Assembly: GCA_951406725.2 (NCBI GenBank)
Contig: OX597828.1
Span: 21,638,001 to 21,702,000 of the forward strand
Source: Octopus vulgaris
Lineage: Eukaryota
Direction: 5' to 3'
Length of the DNA stretch: 64,000 nt
This document shows, in pieces, positions 1 to 11,400 of this stretch; the first letter of the stretch is position 1, and the number at the start of each line of letters is the position of its first letter. The position numbers and the translations under genes are program-made. The notes under the pieces are model-generated. The model did not search any database and was not told the DNA's origin. It saw only the letters and a program-made list of their open reading frames with translations.

Positions 1-45
<45 letters not shown>

Positions 46-47
<2 letters not shown>

Positions 48-244
48 TTTCATTCTTTTATTTGTTTCAGTCATTTGACTGTGGCCATGCAGCAGCACTG
101 CTATTAGTCAAAGAAATTGACCCCAGAACCTGTTCTTTGTAAGCCTAGTACTTGAACTGCTAAGTTACGAGGACGTAAACACACCAGCATCGGTTGTCAA
201 GCGATGGTGGTGGGGACTAACACAGACACACACAGACACGCACA

Positions 245-292
<48 letters not shown>
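46..292 (-). mobile_element. SINE family A, 3' half (tail plus internal CA tract)
   Basis: Matches the 3' half of the full-length copies at 4848-5280 and 45328-45769 (GTTTCAGTCATTTGACTG, GTAAACACACCAGCATCGGTTGTCAAGCG). Confidence 0.85.
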
Positions 293-295
<3 letters not shown>

Positions 296-410
296 TTTGT
301 CAGTGAAGAGATCGCAGTCTCATTTTGAGAAATTAAATTTATATGTTGAAGTGAATCTGACGTTTTTTGTGTGTTTCTTAAATGGCTTATAAACACCTTC
401 CACAATTGTT

Positions 411-480
411 TATACATACATACATGCATACATACATGCATACATACATACATACATACATACATACATACATACATACA

Positions 481-556
<76 letters not shown>

Positions 557-561
557 TATAT
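411..561. repeat. (TACA)n then (TA)n compound microsatellite
   Basis: Read directly from the sequence. Confidence 0.95.
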
Positions 562-1033
562 CAAATGTGAGGATAAAATTCTTTTCGAAAAAAGAAATAT
601 TTTCTCGAAAAAAATTTTTATCAATGGCCAGCATATTAAAAAATACCTTTAACGGTTAAATTCCGAACTAACTAACTCACTCTGTGAGAGCCTCAGTTGA
701 AATCGCACGTGCCTCGAATGGGCTGGAGTATTTCTATTTTGGATGTATTTGGGGTACTTAGTTGTGCCCATGACTTAGTATTTGCTTCTTCCATGGGTAT
801 GAGTAAGTATCTCATTTATTTCTTTTGCCACATGTATCACTGATGAAGAGAGGGCTCTTAGTAGCTAACTCTGAAATCGGTCCGATATGGTAATAATGGA
901 ATTTTTTAGAAATTTCTGTCAGCTTTCTTTCGGGTAGCGTGCGTATTGTGAACAAATTATATGGTTAATGGACAATTTGTCCAATTTTTCGGCATTTTGG
1001 CATTAGAATTTTTTTCCTTTGCCCACATTTATG

Positions 1034-1037
<4 letters not shown>
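562..1037 (+). mobile_element. Probable Penelope-like terminal repeat or retrozyme-like remnant inserted in (TA)n
   Basis: About 475 bp of complex sequence bounded by (TA)n on both sides and containing a hammerhead motif. PLE pseudo-LTRs are known to carry type I hammerheads. Confidence 0.5.
835..892 (+). ncRNA. Type I hammerhead ribozyme motif
   Basis: Stem I TATCA(835-839)/TGGTA(888-892); core CTGATGA 840-846; stem II AGAG(847-850)/CTCT(869-872); GAAA 873-876; stem III TCG/CGA with loop GTC; U886 then cleavage nucleotide A887 (AUA triplet). Confidence 0.75.
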
Positions 1038-1088
<51 letters not shown>

Positions 1089-1331
1089 CATATATCTATG
1101 TTCATATATACATACACACATGCTTACATATATTAGTATATATATATGTTATCCGTCATATGAGGAATATCTTTGAAAGCACATATTTGTCCCCATGAGT
1201 AATATCAACAAATATAGCATATTTACTATTATTACAATTTTGCTTTTATCAAAATTTTTGGTGAGTATGCAAAATGAAGAAATGAATACTAATTTCCAAA
1301 AGAAAAAATATATAATCCTTACTATAAAAGA

Positions 1332-1599
1332 TAGTGGAGGCGCGTGGCTTAGTGGTTAGGGTGTCAGCATCATGATCGTAAGATTGTGGTTTCGATTCCT
1401 AGACCGGGCGACTCGTTGTGCTCTTGAGCAAAACACTTAATCTCAGGTTGTTCCGGTCCACTCAACTGTCAAAAATGAGTAACGCTGCGATGGACTGGCG
1501 TTCCATCCAGCTGGGGAACACATATGTCATTGAAACCGGGAAACCGGGCCCATGAGTCTGACTAGGCTTTAAAAGGGCGCATTTGTTTTTATTAATTTG
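1332..1599 (+). mobile_element. tRNA-derived SINE family C (V-SINE-like central motif)
   Basis: A-box TGGCTTAGTGG and B-box-like GGTTTCGATTCC; central TGCGATGGACTGGCGTTCCATCCAG; 13-bp TSD TTACTATAAAAGA at 1319-1331 and 1600-1612; homolog at 58592. Confidence 0.85.
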
Positions 1600-1932
1600 T
1601 TACTATAAAAGACAATTAAATAAAAACATTGTTCCTTTCTATAATTCCTGCATGCCTACACTGTCATTTACACTCTTTCCTCCTCTTCCTTCTCCCTCTA
1701 GGGGAAGTATGTAAGTCAACCTGTACTACATATGTTAACTCTCTCTTTATCTCACTGTCAGTCTCTCTCGTTCTCTCCCTCACTACTTTCTTTATACAGT
1801 GTGACTGGATAAGTTAGTTAACCAACCGACCAGCCAACCAAAATTCATATCGGCTATTATTATATACAGGTAGAGGGCGGCGAGCTGGCACAATTATTAA
1901 CACGCCAGAAATTATTAACACATCAGAAATTC

Positions 1933-2271
1933 GGAGACCCCCTTCGGTCACGACACAGACCATGGGATTGCACCTAGAAAGTTACCCTCCAAGACACAAG
2001 TCCGGGCGAGGTTGTTTATGGAAGACCAGCAGTCGCCCATGCATACCAGCCTCCCCTCTCCACGCCACCAGTGTTATCCAGGGGAAAGACAAAGGTCGAT
2101 ACAGCTTGGCACCAGTGACGTCGCAACTCATTTCTACAGCTGAGTGAACTGGAGCAACGTGAAATAAAGTGCCTTGCTCAAGAACACAACACGCAGCCCG
2201 GTCCGGGATTCGAACTCACAACCTCACGATCGTAAGCTCGACGCTCTAACCACTGAGCCATGCGCCTTCAC
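1933..2271 (-). mobile_element. tRNA-derived SINE family D, full length
   Basis: Minus strand reads GAAGGCGCATGGCTCAGTGGTTAGAGCG...GAGTTCGAATCCCGG (A and B boxes), then TTGTGTTCTTGAGCAAGGCACTT, a core shared with family C, then a distinct tail. Confidence 0.85.
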
Positions 2272-2324
2272 TTAAGAAATAGTGGCGATAATATAATACG
2301 AGTACTACGTAACAATAGGTACAC

Positions 2325-2505
2325 AGCAAAGAATTTCGGGAGAGCGGATAAGAGGATTACATCGACCGCAGTGCTCAAATGGTACTTAATTTATCGACCC
2401 AGAAACGACTAAAAAGCAAAATCGACACGGCAACAGCTGAACGAAAAGACTGATGAAATGTGTCAAGTACTTTTTCTGTCGTGTTAAAGATTTTGACAAC
2501 TCCCC
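2325..2505 (-). mobile_element. SINE family B, diverged
   Basis: Degenerate match to the family B core (GGTACTTAATTTATCGACCC). Confidence 0.7.
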
Positions 2506-2972
2506 TCTAAATAGTAATAAAAACGCCACCACCAACAATAACAACAACAGCAACAACTGTTACTTAGTGTTAGCAATAATGGTAATCTATGATTCTGTTA
2601 TCTGGAGATCTAGCTAATGGTGAAATATTTCAAGTTATTGTTCATTGTCTGGCTAAAAATAATGAAATAAAACCAAAAGAAAAGACATATAAATGCAAAA
2701 AGATACGCCAAACCAAAGACACATAAACATATAAACATATACAGTGACATATCTACATGTCCAGAAACATAAATACAGATAGAAGCATCTCCATATACAC
2801 ACACGTATATATATGCGGAAGCATATACGTAACAGCACACATTATTTCCAAAACCTTTATTAATACAATAAGTTACTGTTGAAACTTGGCGAGAATTTAA
2901 GAGGTAAAGACAAACTGAATTTAGTGGAAGAAGTAGAAAAATTACCAGTTAGAATACACTCACCGGATAATG

Positions 2973-3356
2973 ATTTCTACTATAGACACAAGGCCTGAAA
3001 TTTGTGGGGAGTAGGTCAGTCGATTAGATCGACACAAGTACGCAACTGGTACTTAATTTATTAACCCCGAATGATGAAAGGTAAAGTCGACCCCGGCGGA
3101 ATTTGAACTCAGAGCGTAGCGGAGGGCGAAACACCTATTTCTTTATTACATACAAGGATCTAAACACAGAGAGGACAAACGGATTAAGTCGATTATATCG
3201 ACCCCAGTGCGTAACTGGTATTTATTTAATCGACCCCGAAAGGATGAAAGGCAAAGTCGACCTCGGCAGAATTTGAACTCAGAACGTAGCGGCAGACGAA
3301 ATACCGCTAAGCATTTCGCCCGGCGTGCAAACGATTCTAGCAGCTCGCCGCCTTAG
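2973..3356 (-). mobile_element. SINE family B, dimeric form
   Basis: Head AAGGCGGCGAGCTG, two copies of the core GTCGACTTT(G/A)CCTTTCATC...TACCAGTT and two different tails; 17-bp TSD ACACT(C/T)ACC(G/A)GATAATG at 2956-2972 and 3357-3373. Confidence 0.9.
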
Positions 3357-3882
3357 ACACTTACCAGATAATGGTCTGGACAGTAAATGTGCCCCTTCTA
3401 TCTATTAAAACGTTCGTGAGTTCAAATGTTGGTAACGATAGTGGTTAGCAATTCTGCGCAGTATATCATATTTGCATTCACTTATAGACAAGAGAAGTAA
3501 AACACATCGTTAGGGCTAATGGGATCATCTATGGCGGTATAATAACTAAAGGAAGCATGAGATAATGAAGTGATTTGTGTTGTTATAAAAGACTGATACA
3601 CTATGATACAGAATCATGACATGAGTTATTAAAATTAGGGTTTGGCAAGAGACAGTGTTATCGTGAGACAATGATATCACTCTAGATGTATACGATTAAT
3701 ATGATTTAATTATATCATGTCTATTAGGTTCAGCGTAGAACGGGGATATCATCTATGGTGAATAACGATCAGGGTTCAACTTGGGATAGTGGTATTATGT
3801 AATCATGTGTTTCCATTCAAATCAATATTCAAAATGAAACCATGGTACTACATTCATATAAGCATCGACAAATGTATAAGTT

Positions 3883-4030
3883 CGCAGGTATGGTTGAGTA
3901 GTTGAGAAATTCCTATGGCAACCACATAGTTGCGGGTTCAGTCCGACAGCGTGAACGTTGTTTCAAGTGTCTCTACTATAACCCCAGGCCCACAAGTGTC
4001 TTGTGTGTGAAGTTGATAGGCGGAAAATGT
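3883..4030 (+). mobile_element. SINE family A head half, diverged
   Basis: CAACCACATAGTTGCGGGTTCAGTCC...CAAGTGTCTCTACTATAACCCCAGGCC aligns to the family A 5' half. Confidence 0.65.
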
Positions 4031-4815
4031 TCACCAACCTAAGCGTAAATCTACCAATATCCTTACAAGATCATAAAATAAACAGTCTTGGAAAAACGCC
4101 CAGTTGTAAAAGCAAGTGGCAAACAAAATCACTAAGAAAGGATACTGATCAATGCAAAGCTACACCCACCCACACGCACGTGAGACCCTAAAGTAATTAA
4201 ATGTAACCTGCCAAACTGGAGATGTATGTGTCTACCTGTCGGAGAGTCCCGAACTCCTCTGCTAAGAAGGCCATAACTTCAAAATTTAAAACAATTTCTG
4301 CTGCAATTTGGGCAACCTAATCTACATTATAGATTTCCGGAAACACTACATTGAACACACAGATGTAATACTCAGAATAAGAATGACGACACACCGTCAG
4401 CAAATCAGCCAACCATAAGTAAGGAAAATAGCCTTGACTAAACAAATAACCAAGTGTAAGTCTTAACGAAATATTCTATCTACCTTTTCTACCGGTGATG
4501 CATCTCGCTGACGAAACAGCGACGGAATATTAAATAAATGCATTTTATTAACAAATACAAACCAAAACCAAAACACAATGTATTATGCTTTAGTCAAATC
4601 ACAAAACTGATAATTCACTTCCAATGTTACACCAGGCGGTGACATCAATAAAAATTTTCACTAGATGATAATAAAGGTGTAAAAATATCAATAATTGTTC
4701 TGATTGAAAACAAACAGAAGTAAAGCATTTATTATTTCTATATTAATGTCCTTTTTCTGTATTACTTTGCAGATACGTTTGGTGGTGTGCACATCTCCTG
4801 TATGTATAACTGGAA

Positions 4816-4847
<32 letters not shown>

Positions 4848-4849
<2 letters not shown>

Positions 4850-5076
4850 TCTTTTACTCTTTTCTTTACTCTTTTACTTCTTTCAGTCATTTGACTGCGG
4901 CCATGCTGGAGCACCGCCTTTTAGTCGAGCAAATCGACCCCAGGACTTATTCTTTGTAAGCCTAGTACGTATTCTATCGGTCTCTTTTGCCGAACCACTA
5001 GGTAACGGGGACGTAAACATACCAGCATCGGTTGTCAAGCGATGTTGGAGGGACAAACACAGACACACAAACACAC

Positions 5077-5113
<37 letters not shown>

Positions 5114-5280
5114 CGACGGGATTCCTTCAGTTTCCGTCTACCAACAAATCCACTCACAAGGCTTTGGTCGGCCCGAGGTTATAGCAGAAGACACTTTCCC
5201 AAGGTGCCATGCAGTGGGACTGAATTCGGAATCGTGTGGTTGGTAAGCGAGCTACTTACCACACAGCCATTCCTGCGCCT
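4848..5280 (-). mobile_element. SINE family A, full length (tRNA head, CORE-like segment, internal microsatellite, AAAGAGT tail)
   Basis: Minus strand: AGGCGCAGGAATGGCTGTGTGGTAAG head, GGCACCTTGGGAAAGTG (MIR/CORE-like), internal (TA)/(TG) tract, TGACTGAAA and (TAAAAGAG)n tail. Confidence 0.9.
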
Positions 5281-5292
5281 TATACATATATA

Positions 5293-5516
5293 TCTTTCTC
5301 TCTTTTCTCCTTTAATTGTTTCAGTCATTTGACTGCGGCCATGCTGGAGCACCGCCTTTAATCGAGCAACTCGACCCCGGGACTTATTCTTTGTAAGCCC
5401 TGTACTTATTCTATTCGTCTCTTTTGCCGAACCGCTAAGTGACGGGGAGATAAACACACCAGCATCTGTTGTCAAGCGATGTTGGGGGGACAAACACAGA
5501 CATACAAACATGCGCT

Positions 5517-5566
<50 letters not shown>

Positions 5567-5722
5567 TACGACAGCTTTTCAGTTTCCGTCTACCAAATCC
5601 ACTCACAAGGCTTCGGTTGGCCTGATGCTATAGTAGAAGACACTTGCCCAAGGTGCCACGCAGTGGGACTGAACCATGTGGTTGGTAAACAAGCTACTTA
5701 TCACACAGCCACTCCTGCGCCT
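5293..5722 (-). mobile_element. SINE family A, full length, tandem with the previous copy
   Basis: Same structure as 4848-5280, separated from it by about 12 bp of TA-rich sequence. Confidence 0.9.
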
Positions 5723-5765
5723 ATATATATATATATATATATATATAGAATAAAACTTTATATAT

Positions 5766-6000
5766 AAAGAACGTGAAATTCACGAATTGACGAACACGGA
5801 AAACAGACAGTCATTCAGAGCCTTCATTCTTCAGTCAGAAACCGATTCATCATGGCAAATTTCGGCTGTTTAATTCTGAGATTTGCTCCAAAACGGCCAG
5901 CCCCAAGGAAAAGCTAAGCTATGGGCATTAGATTTCCTTGGTAGAAGGAAAGAATGTGACAACAGAGACGAATAGGAAAACAAGAGACGAAGATAAATAT
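5766..6000 (-). repeat. Unclassified repeat remnant next to (TA)n
   Basis: Complex structured segment (CCAAGGAA/TTCCTTGG and GGCTG/CAGCC stems) with a layout similar to 63399-63615. Confidence 0.35.
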
Positions 6001-6487
6001 GTATATAAATGTTTGTACGTGTAGGTATATACTTATGCTTATAATCTGAATAGACATGTAGACAGAAACAGTATTACAAACCTACGATATGTTCATTAGA
6101 TCACCGTACATAATTTCTTTTGATAATTTGGAGCACAACAACACTAGCACAATTAACAGTTATATTAACTTCATCAAAAATGTCAGTGAGACTATTTCTA
6201 GTTAAAAACAAAAAAAAACCTCCTATTACTTTCGTTCACCAGTGAAGGAAAAACATAAAATTACGTCCCTTGATTTGGAATGTCATAAACGACACATCTA
6301 CTTATTCATTAAACCGCACTTGGTTTTAAACATACTACAATCACCAAAATCCTTGAGAAGTTGAAATACAATATAAACCGGGGCCTAAAATTAATTTTAG
6401 CCGAAACACACAAAAGAAAACCGTGTACATTAAAAACATTTTCAATATCAAAGACACGAAGTACCATTTGATTAATTGTCAGTCAAC

Positions 6488-6742
<255 letters not shown>

Positions 6743-6800
6743 TAGGAACGTGTGTAAATACATCTACAAATATTTATCCCCACATATGTACACATATACA

Positions 6801-6887
<87 letters not shown>

Positions 6888-7560
6888 ATATATATATATA
6901 AATACACACACATACACACACATATATTGACACACACAAATACACACACAAACACGCGCACGTCGATAGACGTATACACACGTGTGTGTATATATATATA
7001 TATATTTATATATATATCCGCATACATTCACACATACATATATGCACTTATTTGTAGTTATATGTTTGCATGTATATGCGTAAATATGCATATGTTTGTC
7101 TATACATGCATATATTAATATATATATATATATATTATATATATATATATATATATATGCAAATATATATATATATATGCATATATAGTTATATACATAT
7201 CTGTACGTATAGATATACATATGTGTGTGTGTATATACATACATACATGTATACATACTTACATACATACATATGTGTACACACGCATGCACACACATAC
7301 ATATAAATGGCCGTACGCATTTATGCATAAAACTTTGAAATTGAAAATTTTGCCTGTAATGATGCCCTGTTTTGGAATAGCGTCTTTGTTGTTGATGTTA
7401 TTGTTGCTGTTTACGTTGTTGTTGTTGTTGATATCCTAGTGGTTTTTGTTGTTTATGTTGTTGTTTTTTTGCCTTGTTTATTGTTTTCGATTCTGTAACC
7501 GAAGAGCTTAATCAGCATATTGGATCATTATTGATTTTTATTTAATTAATATTTCCACAG

Positions 7561-7725
7561 AATCGTGATTAAACTCATGAGAACGGACTCCTATCGAAGA
7601 ATCACGGAGCTTCCACCGACAATGTGTTGTGAGGCGTGTCGGCAATTTACTCTGTTAACCGGAATACGGACGCATTATTACTGCCGGTTTTGTGGAAGTG
7701 CCTGCGTTTGTATGCATGTAAATGT
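7561..7725 (+). other. Candidate internal exon (165 nt, phase 2/2, Cys-rich reading frame)
   Basis: Preceded by an AT-rich tract ending TTTCCACAG and followed by GTGAGT. Only one frame is open: IVIKLMRTDSYRRITELPPTMCCEACRQFTLLTGIRTHYYCRFCGSACVCMHVN. Confidence 0.3.
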
Positions 7726-7919
7726 GTGAGTGTTGGTTTGTTTTTGTTGTTGTTGCTGCTCTTGTTGTTGTTGTTGTAGTTGTTGCTGGTGTTGTTAATG
7801 AGGATAATTGTATTTGACCCCAGATCTTTCACACTGATTAATCAAACCTACTTCCAAAGGCGTTCTATCCGTGACTATTCCGCCGTTTTAGGAATTTCGT
7901 AAGACAGGCGATTTTCCAT

Positions 7920-8060
7920 GTGTTTCAGTCATTCGACTGCGCCCATGCTGGTGCAACGCCTTGAAGAATTTTCGTTGAACGTTTCGAGCCCAGGTTATAT
8001 ATCTTTTCTTTTCTTAGCCTGGTACTTATCCTATCGATCCTTTTCGCCGAACCGTAAAGT
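7920..8060 (-). mobile_element. SINE family A 3' fragment, diverged
   Basis: TGTTTCAGTCATTCGACTGCG...TTTCGCCGAACCG. Confidence 0.7.
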
Positions 8061-8086
8061 AAGCAGAGTAAAGTTAGAAATCAAAG

Positions 8087-8460
8087 CGAGGTCCGATCAA
8101 AAGGTATCTGGAATGAAAAAGGAATGTAACATATATTATTTCGGCATCTGGTATACCCTTGACGTTGCCTCCTTTTGAAGCCACACATTTTATCCCGCGT
8201 CGTTTCCACCATTGATGAAAGCATTCCTGAAACTCCTTCCTGAGGACAGCAAACAGCTGCCTTGACGCATTCTCTTGGATTTCATCGACGTCTTGAAATC
8301 TGTTTGGTGTCCTCCACTGCGAAGAATAAATCTTGGTTTCGCCATACTCACAGACTCCTCACATGTTGTAGCCATTTTCAAAAAGTTTTCATCGTCTTCA
8401 ACACAATCAAGGAGATCCTACGTAGCTGAAACTCGGTCTTATATTTGAGACAGCCTGGTC
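8087..8460 (-). mobile_element. Internally deleted mariner (DD34D) transposon relic
   Basis: TIR-like CGAGGTCCGATCAAAAGGTATC. Minus-strand peptides DLLDCVEDDENFLKM...SSQWRTP and RFQDVDEIQENASRQL...EFQECFHQW...KCVASKG match mariner catalytic-domain and C-terminal segments. Confidence 0.8.
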
Positions 8461-8656
8461 TTTTTTCTTTTACTTCCAAGCACTGTTGTTATGCTACGGG
8501 CCGGCGTCCCGTCCTGCTGGGTAAACTATACGCCAATGAAAAAACTAGGAAACCAGCCCTTATGAGACAGGCAGGGCCCGAGAAGGAACAAACAAGTGTC
8601 GTTAACAATGGAAGAGAGCGACAACATTGAAACAGAATTCAAGGTCAATCTCCGGC

Positions 8657-8870
8657 AAACACACAAACACACACACATACACACATACACACACACACAA
8701 ACACACATACACAAACATATATATATACAAACGATGTGCTTCTTTCAGTTTCCGTCTGCCAAATCCACTCACAAGGCTTTGGTCGGCCAGAGACTATAGT
8801 AGAAGACTTTTGTCCAAGGTGCCACGCAGTGGGACTGAACCCGGAAACATGGAGTTTCTTACTACACAAA
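8657..8870 (-). mobile_element. SINE family A head half
   Basis: TTTCAGTTTCCGTCTGCCAAATCCACTCACAAGGCTTTGGTCGGCC...GCAGTGGGACTGAACCCGGAA. Confidence 0.85.
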
Positions 8871-8959
8871 TACTCGGCAAGAATTGGCCTAGGCTATGGC
8901 TAACTTAATATCACCTTGCAAAATGTTTTTAATGATGTTTGATATTACAGCCATTTTGA

Positions 8960-9310
8960 GGCAACCATAGCCTATTCGTATAGGCAATTATTGATTGCAG
9001 AGATATATTCGGGTCGAAGTAGTTTGTTTGGAATTGTTGGTGGTTTCATCCATGAACTGTTTTGAAATTTTTCCTTCCTTTTTGCGTTTTGGCATGATGT
9101 TAAAGATCAACGGAGTCAATTAAGGCGAAATAGTTCGGGTTTAGTCTTGCGATATGACTCGAGGATGATTCCAGCAGATGAGGAATCGCAAGAGGACAAA
9201 GCCTTAGGTAAATATTTAAGTTGATGCCAACATCGTTTGATTAGTGTCGTTGGGATATTTTCGACATCAAACAAATAATAAAGCGCTTTTCGCGGATTTG
9301 GAGGGTGTAA
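8960..9310 (-). mobile_element. Possible heavily decayed Penelope-like RT fragment
   Basis: Frameshifted peptides LFDVEN, DVGIN, QTNYF and AM occur in the order expected for PLE RT (FDVxSLYTNI...NNxF...GxAMG). The match is weak. Confidence 0.3.
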
Positions 9311-9689
9311 TTTTTGTGTTTCTCGCTTGGTCCCCATAACCAAGACCTGTAATGTGGTAAGTTTTCTCTATGATTCCTCACTGGGGGGGGGGGACTTCAG
9401 TTTTTATATTTTGTTTGGTGCAGTGAGATCACAGCGAACAACAATATTCAAGGTGAGGATGGACAAAAGTAGAGAACAGAGCGTAGGGTCAGATGTATGT
9501 ATGCATGCATGCATGCACGTATGTATGTATGTATGTATGTATGTATGTATGTATGTATGTATGTATGTATGTATGCATGTATGCATGTATATATGTATGC
9601 ATGTATGTATGTATGTTTGTATTTATGTATGCATGTTTGTTTGTCTGTATGTATGCATGTGTATCTGTGTGTGGTTTTGTATTTGATTC

Positions 9690-9888
9690 TGCGCCAACAC
9701 TTGACAACTGGTGTTGGTTTGTGGATGTCATAGCTATTTTGGTAAACGAACCGATATATTAAATTCCAGATGAAAAAAAGTATATACATATATAAATCAT
9801 TGGGTGAATTACATCGACCGAATTTTGAAATCGATACTCCAACATGGTCGCAGTTCACTGACTGAAACAAGTAAGATATAAAAGATTA
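9690..9888 (+). mobile_element. SINE family A 3' half, diverged
   Basis: CTTGACAACTGGTGTTGGTTTG...CTCCAACATGGTCGCAGTTCACTGACTGAAACAAGTAAGA, preceded by a (TATG)n tract. Confidence 0.75.
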
Positions 9889-10278
9889 AAGTAAATTAGG
9901 TTCGAATATTAATTACAGCAGATGGCATTTGTTTGCGGCTGGTTTCTAAATGAAGACACGTATAATTAAGACGTTAGAAGGACGAAGATGAACGCGGATG
10001 CGGTGAGTGAATGAGATGGCTGCATGGAGTATCTGCACGGAGCAGAGGAGGTATGGTGGTAGCATTAGAGGTGTTGGTGGTAGAGATAATATTGGTTGGG
10101 GTTGGATGTGAGTGGGGAAGTGAAGTGCAGAGAACAGTTTACATTTGGTGGGCGTGGTTGAGATTGATGTTAAATTGACAACTTAATTGCAAGTGAGGAA
10201 AGGTGGAAGGTGGGCTAATTGATATATGTATATATATATATATATTTGTATATATATATATATATATATTTGTACACT

Positions 10279-10312
<34 letters not shown>

Positions 10313-10654
10313 GACATACATGCATACATACAAAGACACGCACAGACACACATATTTATAGTAATGTCGTTAGTGAGGATAAGGAGATATTTGAAGGCAG
10401 GACAAGCCAAAAATAACATGAAACTTAAGAAACGAAATTGAGGTAGACGGGATGAGGGGTGTAGGAGGAGAGAAGGAGGTGTTGGTCGTAGGCATTTGTG
10501 CTGTTTTAAGGTGTTTATTCGATGTTTGTATCTTTTATTTTTTCTCAATTAGCCCTTGTTCTTGTTTAATTATGAGGTCAGCTGCGATTTGATTATCAAA
10601 TAGGATCAAAGACACTCTAGCCGTGATCATTCAGCTATATTTTATATATATATC

Positions 10655-10865
10655 CTTTCTACTATAGGCACAAGGTCTGAACATTTTTGTTGGGGAGGGG
10701 TGGCCAGTCGGTTACATCGACCCCCGTACTCAACTAGTGCTTATTTCATCAACATCGAAAGAACGAAAAGCAAAGTGAACCTCAGCGGAACTTGAACTCA
10801 GAACGTAAAAATGGACGATATAATGCAAAATATTTTATCCAACGTGTTAACAACTCTGCCAGCCT
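10655..10865 (-). mobile_element. SINE family B monomer
   Basis: TTTCTACTATAGGCACAAGG tail, core, and CTCTGCCAGC head. Confidence 0.8.
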
Positions 10866-11022
10866 AGATGTGTCCTAATATTAAGAAAAACAAAATTATA
10901 TTTCTTTTTATTATTAATCTACAATGAACATTTTAAAAAAAAATAATCATTAATTTTCTTTTATATTAATTTTTATTTTACTAGAACATTGAAAGAAACA
11001 GCCTAATTTATATTCAAACCGT

Positions 11023-11400
11023 AGGCGTAGGAGTCGCTGTAAGGTAATTAGCTTGCTTACAAACCACGTGGTTCCAGGTTCCGTCCCACTGCCTGGCACC
11101 TTGGGCAAGTGTCTTCTACTATAGCCTCGGGTCGACCAAAGCCTTGTGGGTGGATTTGGTAGACGGAGACTGAAAGAAGCCCGTCGTATATATGTATATA
11201 TATATATATGTGTATGTGTGTGTATATATTTGTGTGTGTGTGTTTGTCCCCCCAACATCGCTTGACAACCGATGCTGGTGTGTTTAAGTCCCCGTAACTT
11301 AGCGGTTCGGCAAAAAGAGACCGATAGAATAAGTACTAGGCTTCCAAAGAATAAGTCAAATGACTGAAACAAGTAAAAGAGTAAAAGAGTAAAAGAGTAA
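11023..11400 (+). mobile_element. SINE family A, near full length (3' internal deletion)
   Basis: Head AGGCGTAGGAGTCGCTG, GGCACCTTGGGCAAGTG, internal (TA)/(TG) tract and (GTAAAAGA)n tail. Confidence 0.9.

Noticed and set aside
1335-1410. tRNA-like sequence (also 2200-2271, 39535-39610, 58592-58665)
   Set aside because: A and B boxes are present, but the sequence runs into SINE bodies and lacks a proper cloverleaf. These are SINE heads, not tRNA genes.
4490-4530. Hairpin TCGCTG-ACGAAA-CAGCGA with CTGACGA and GAAA overlapping
   Set aside because: The core elements overlap and cannot form a hammerhead. At most this is a very decayed relic.
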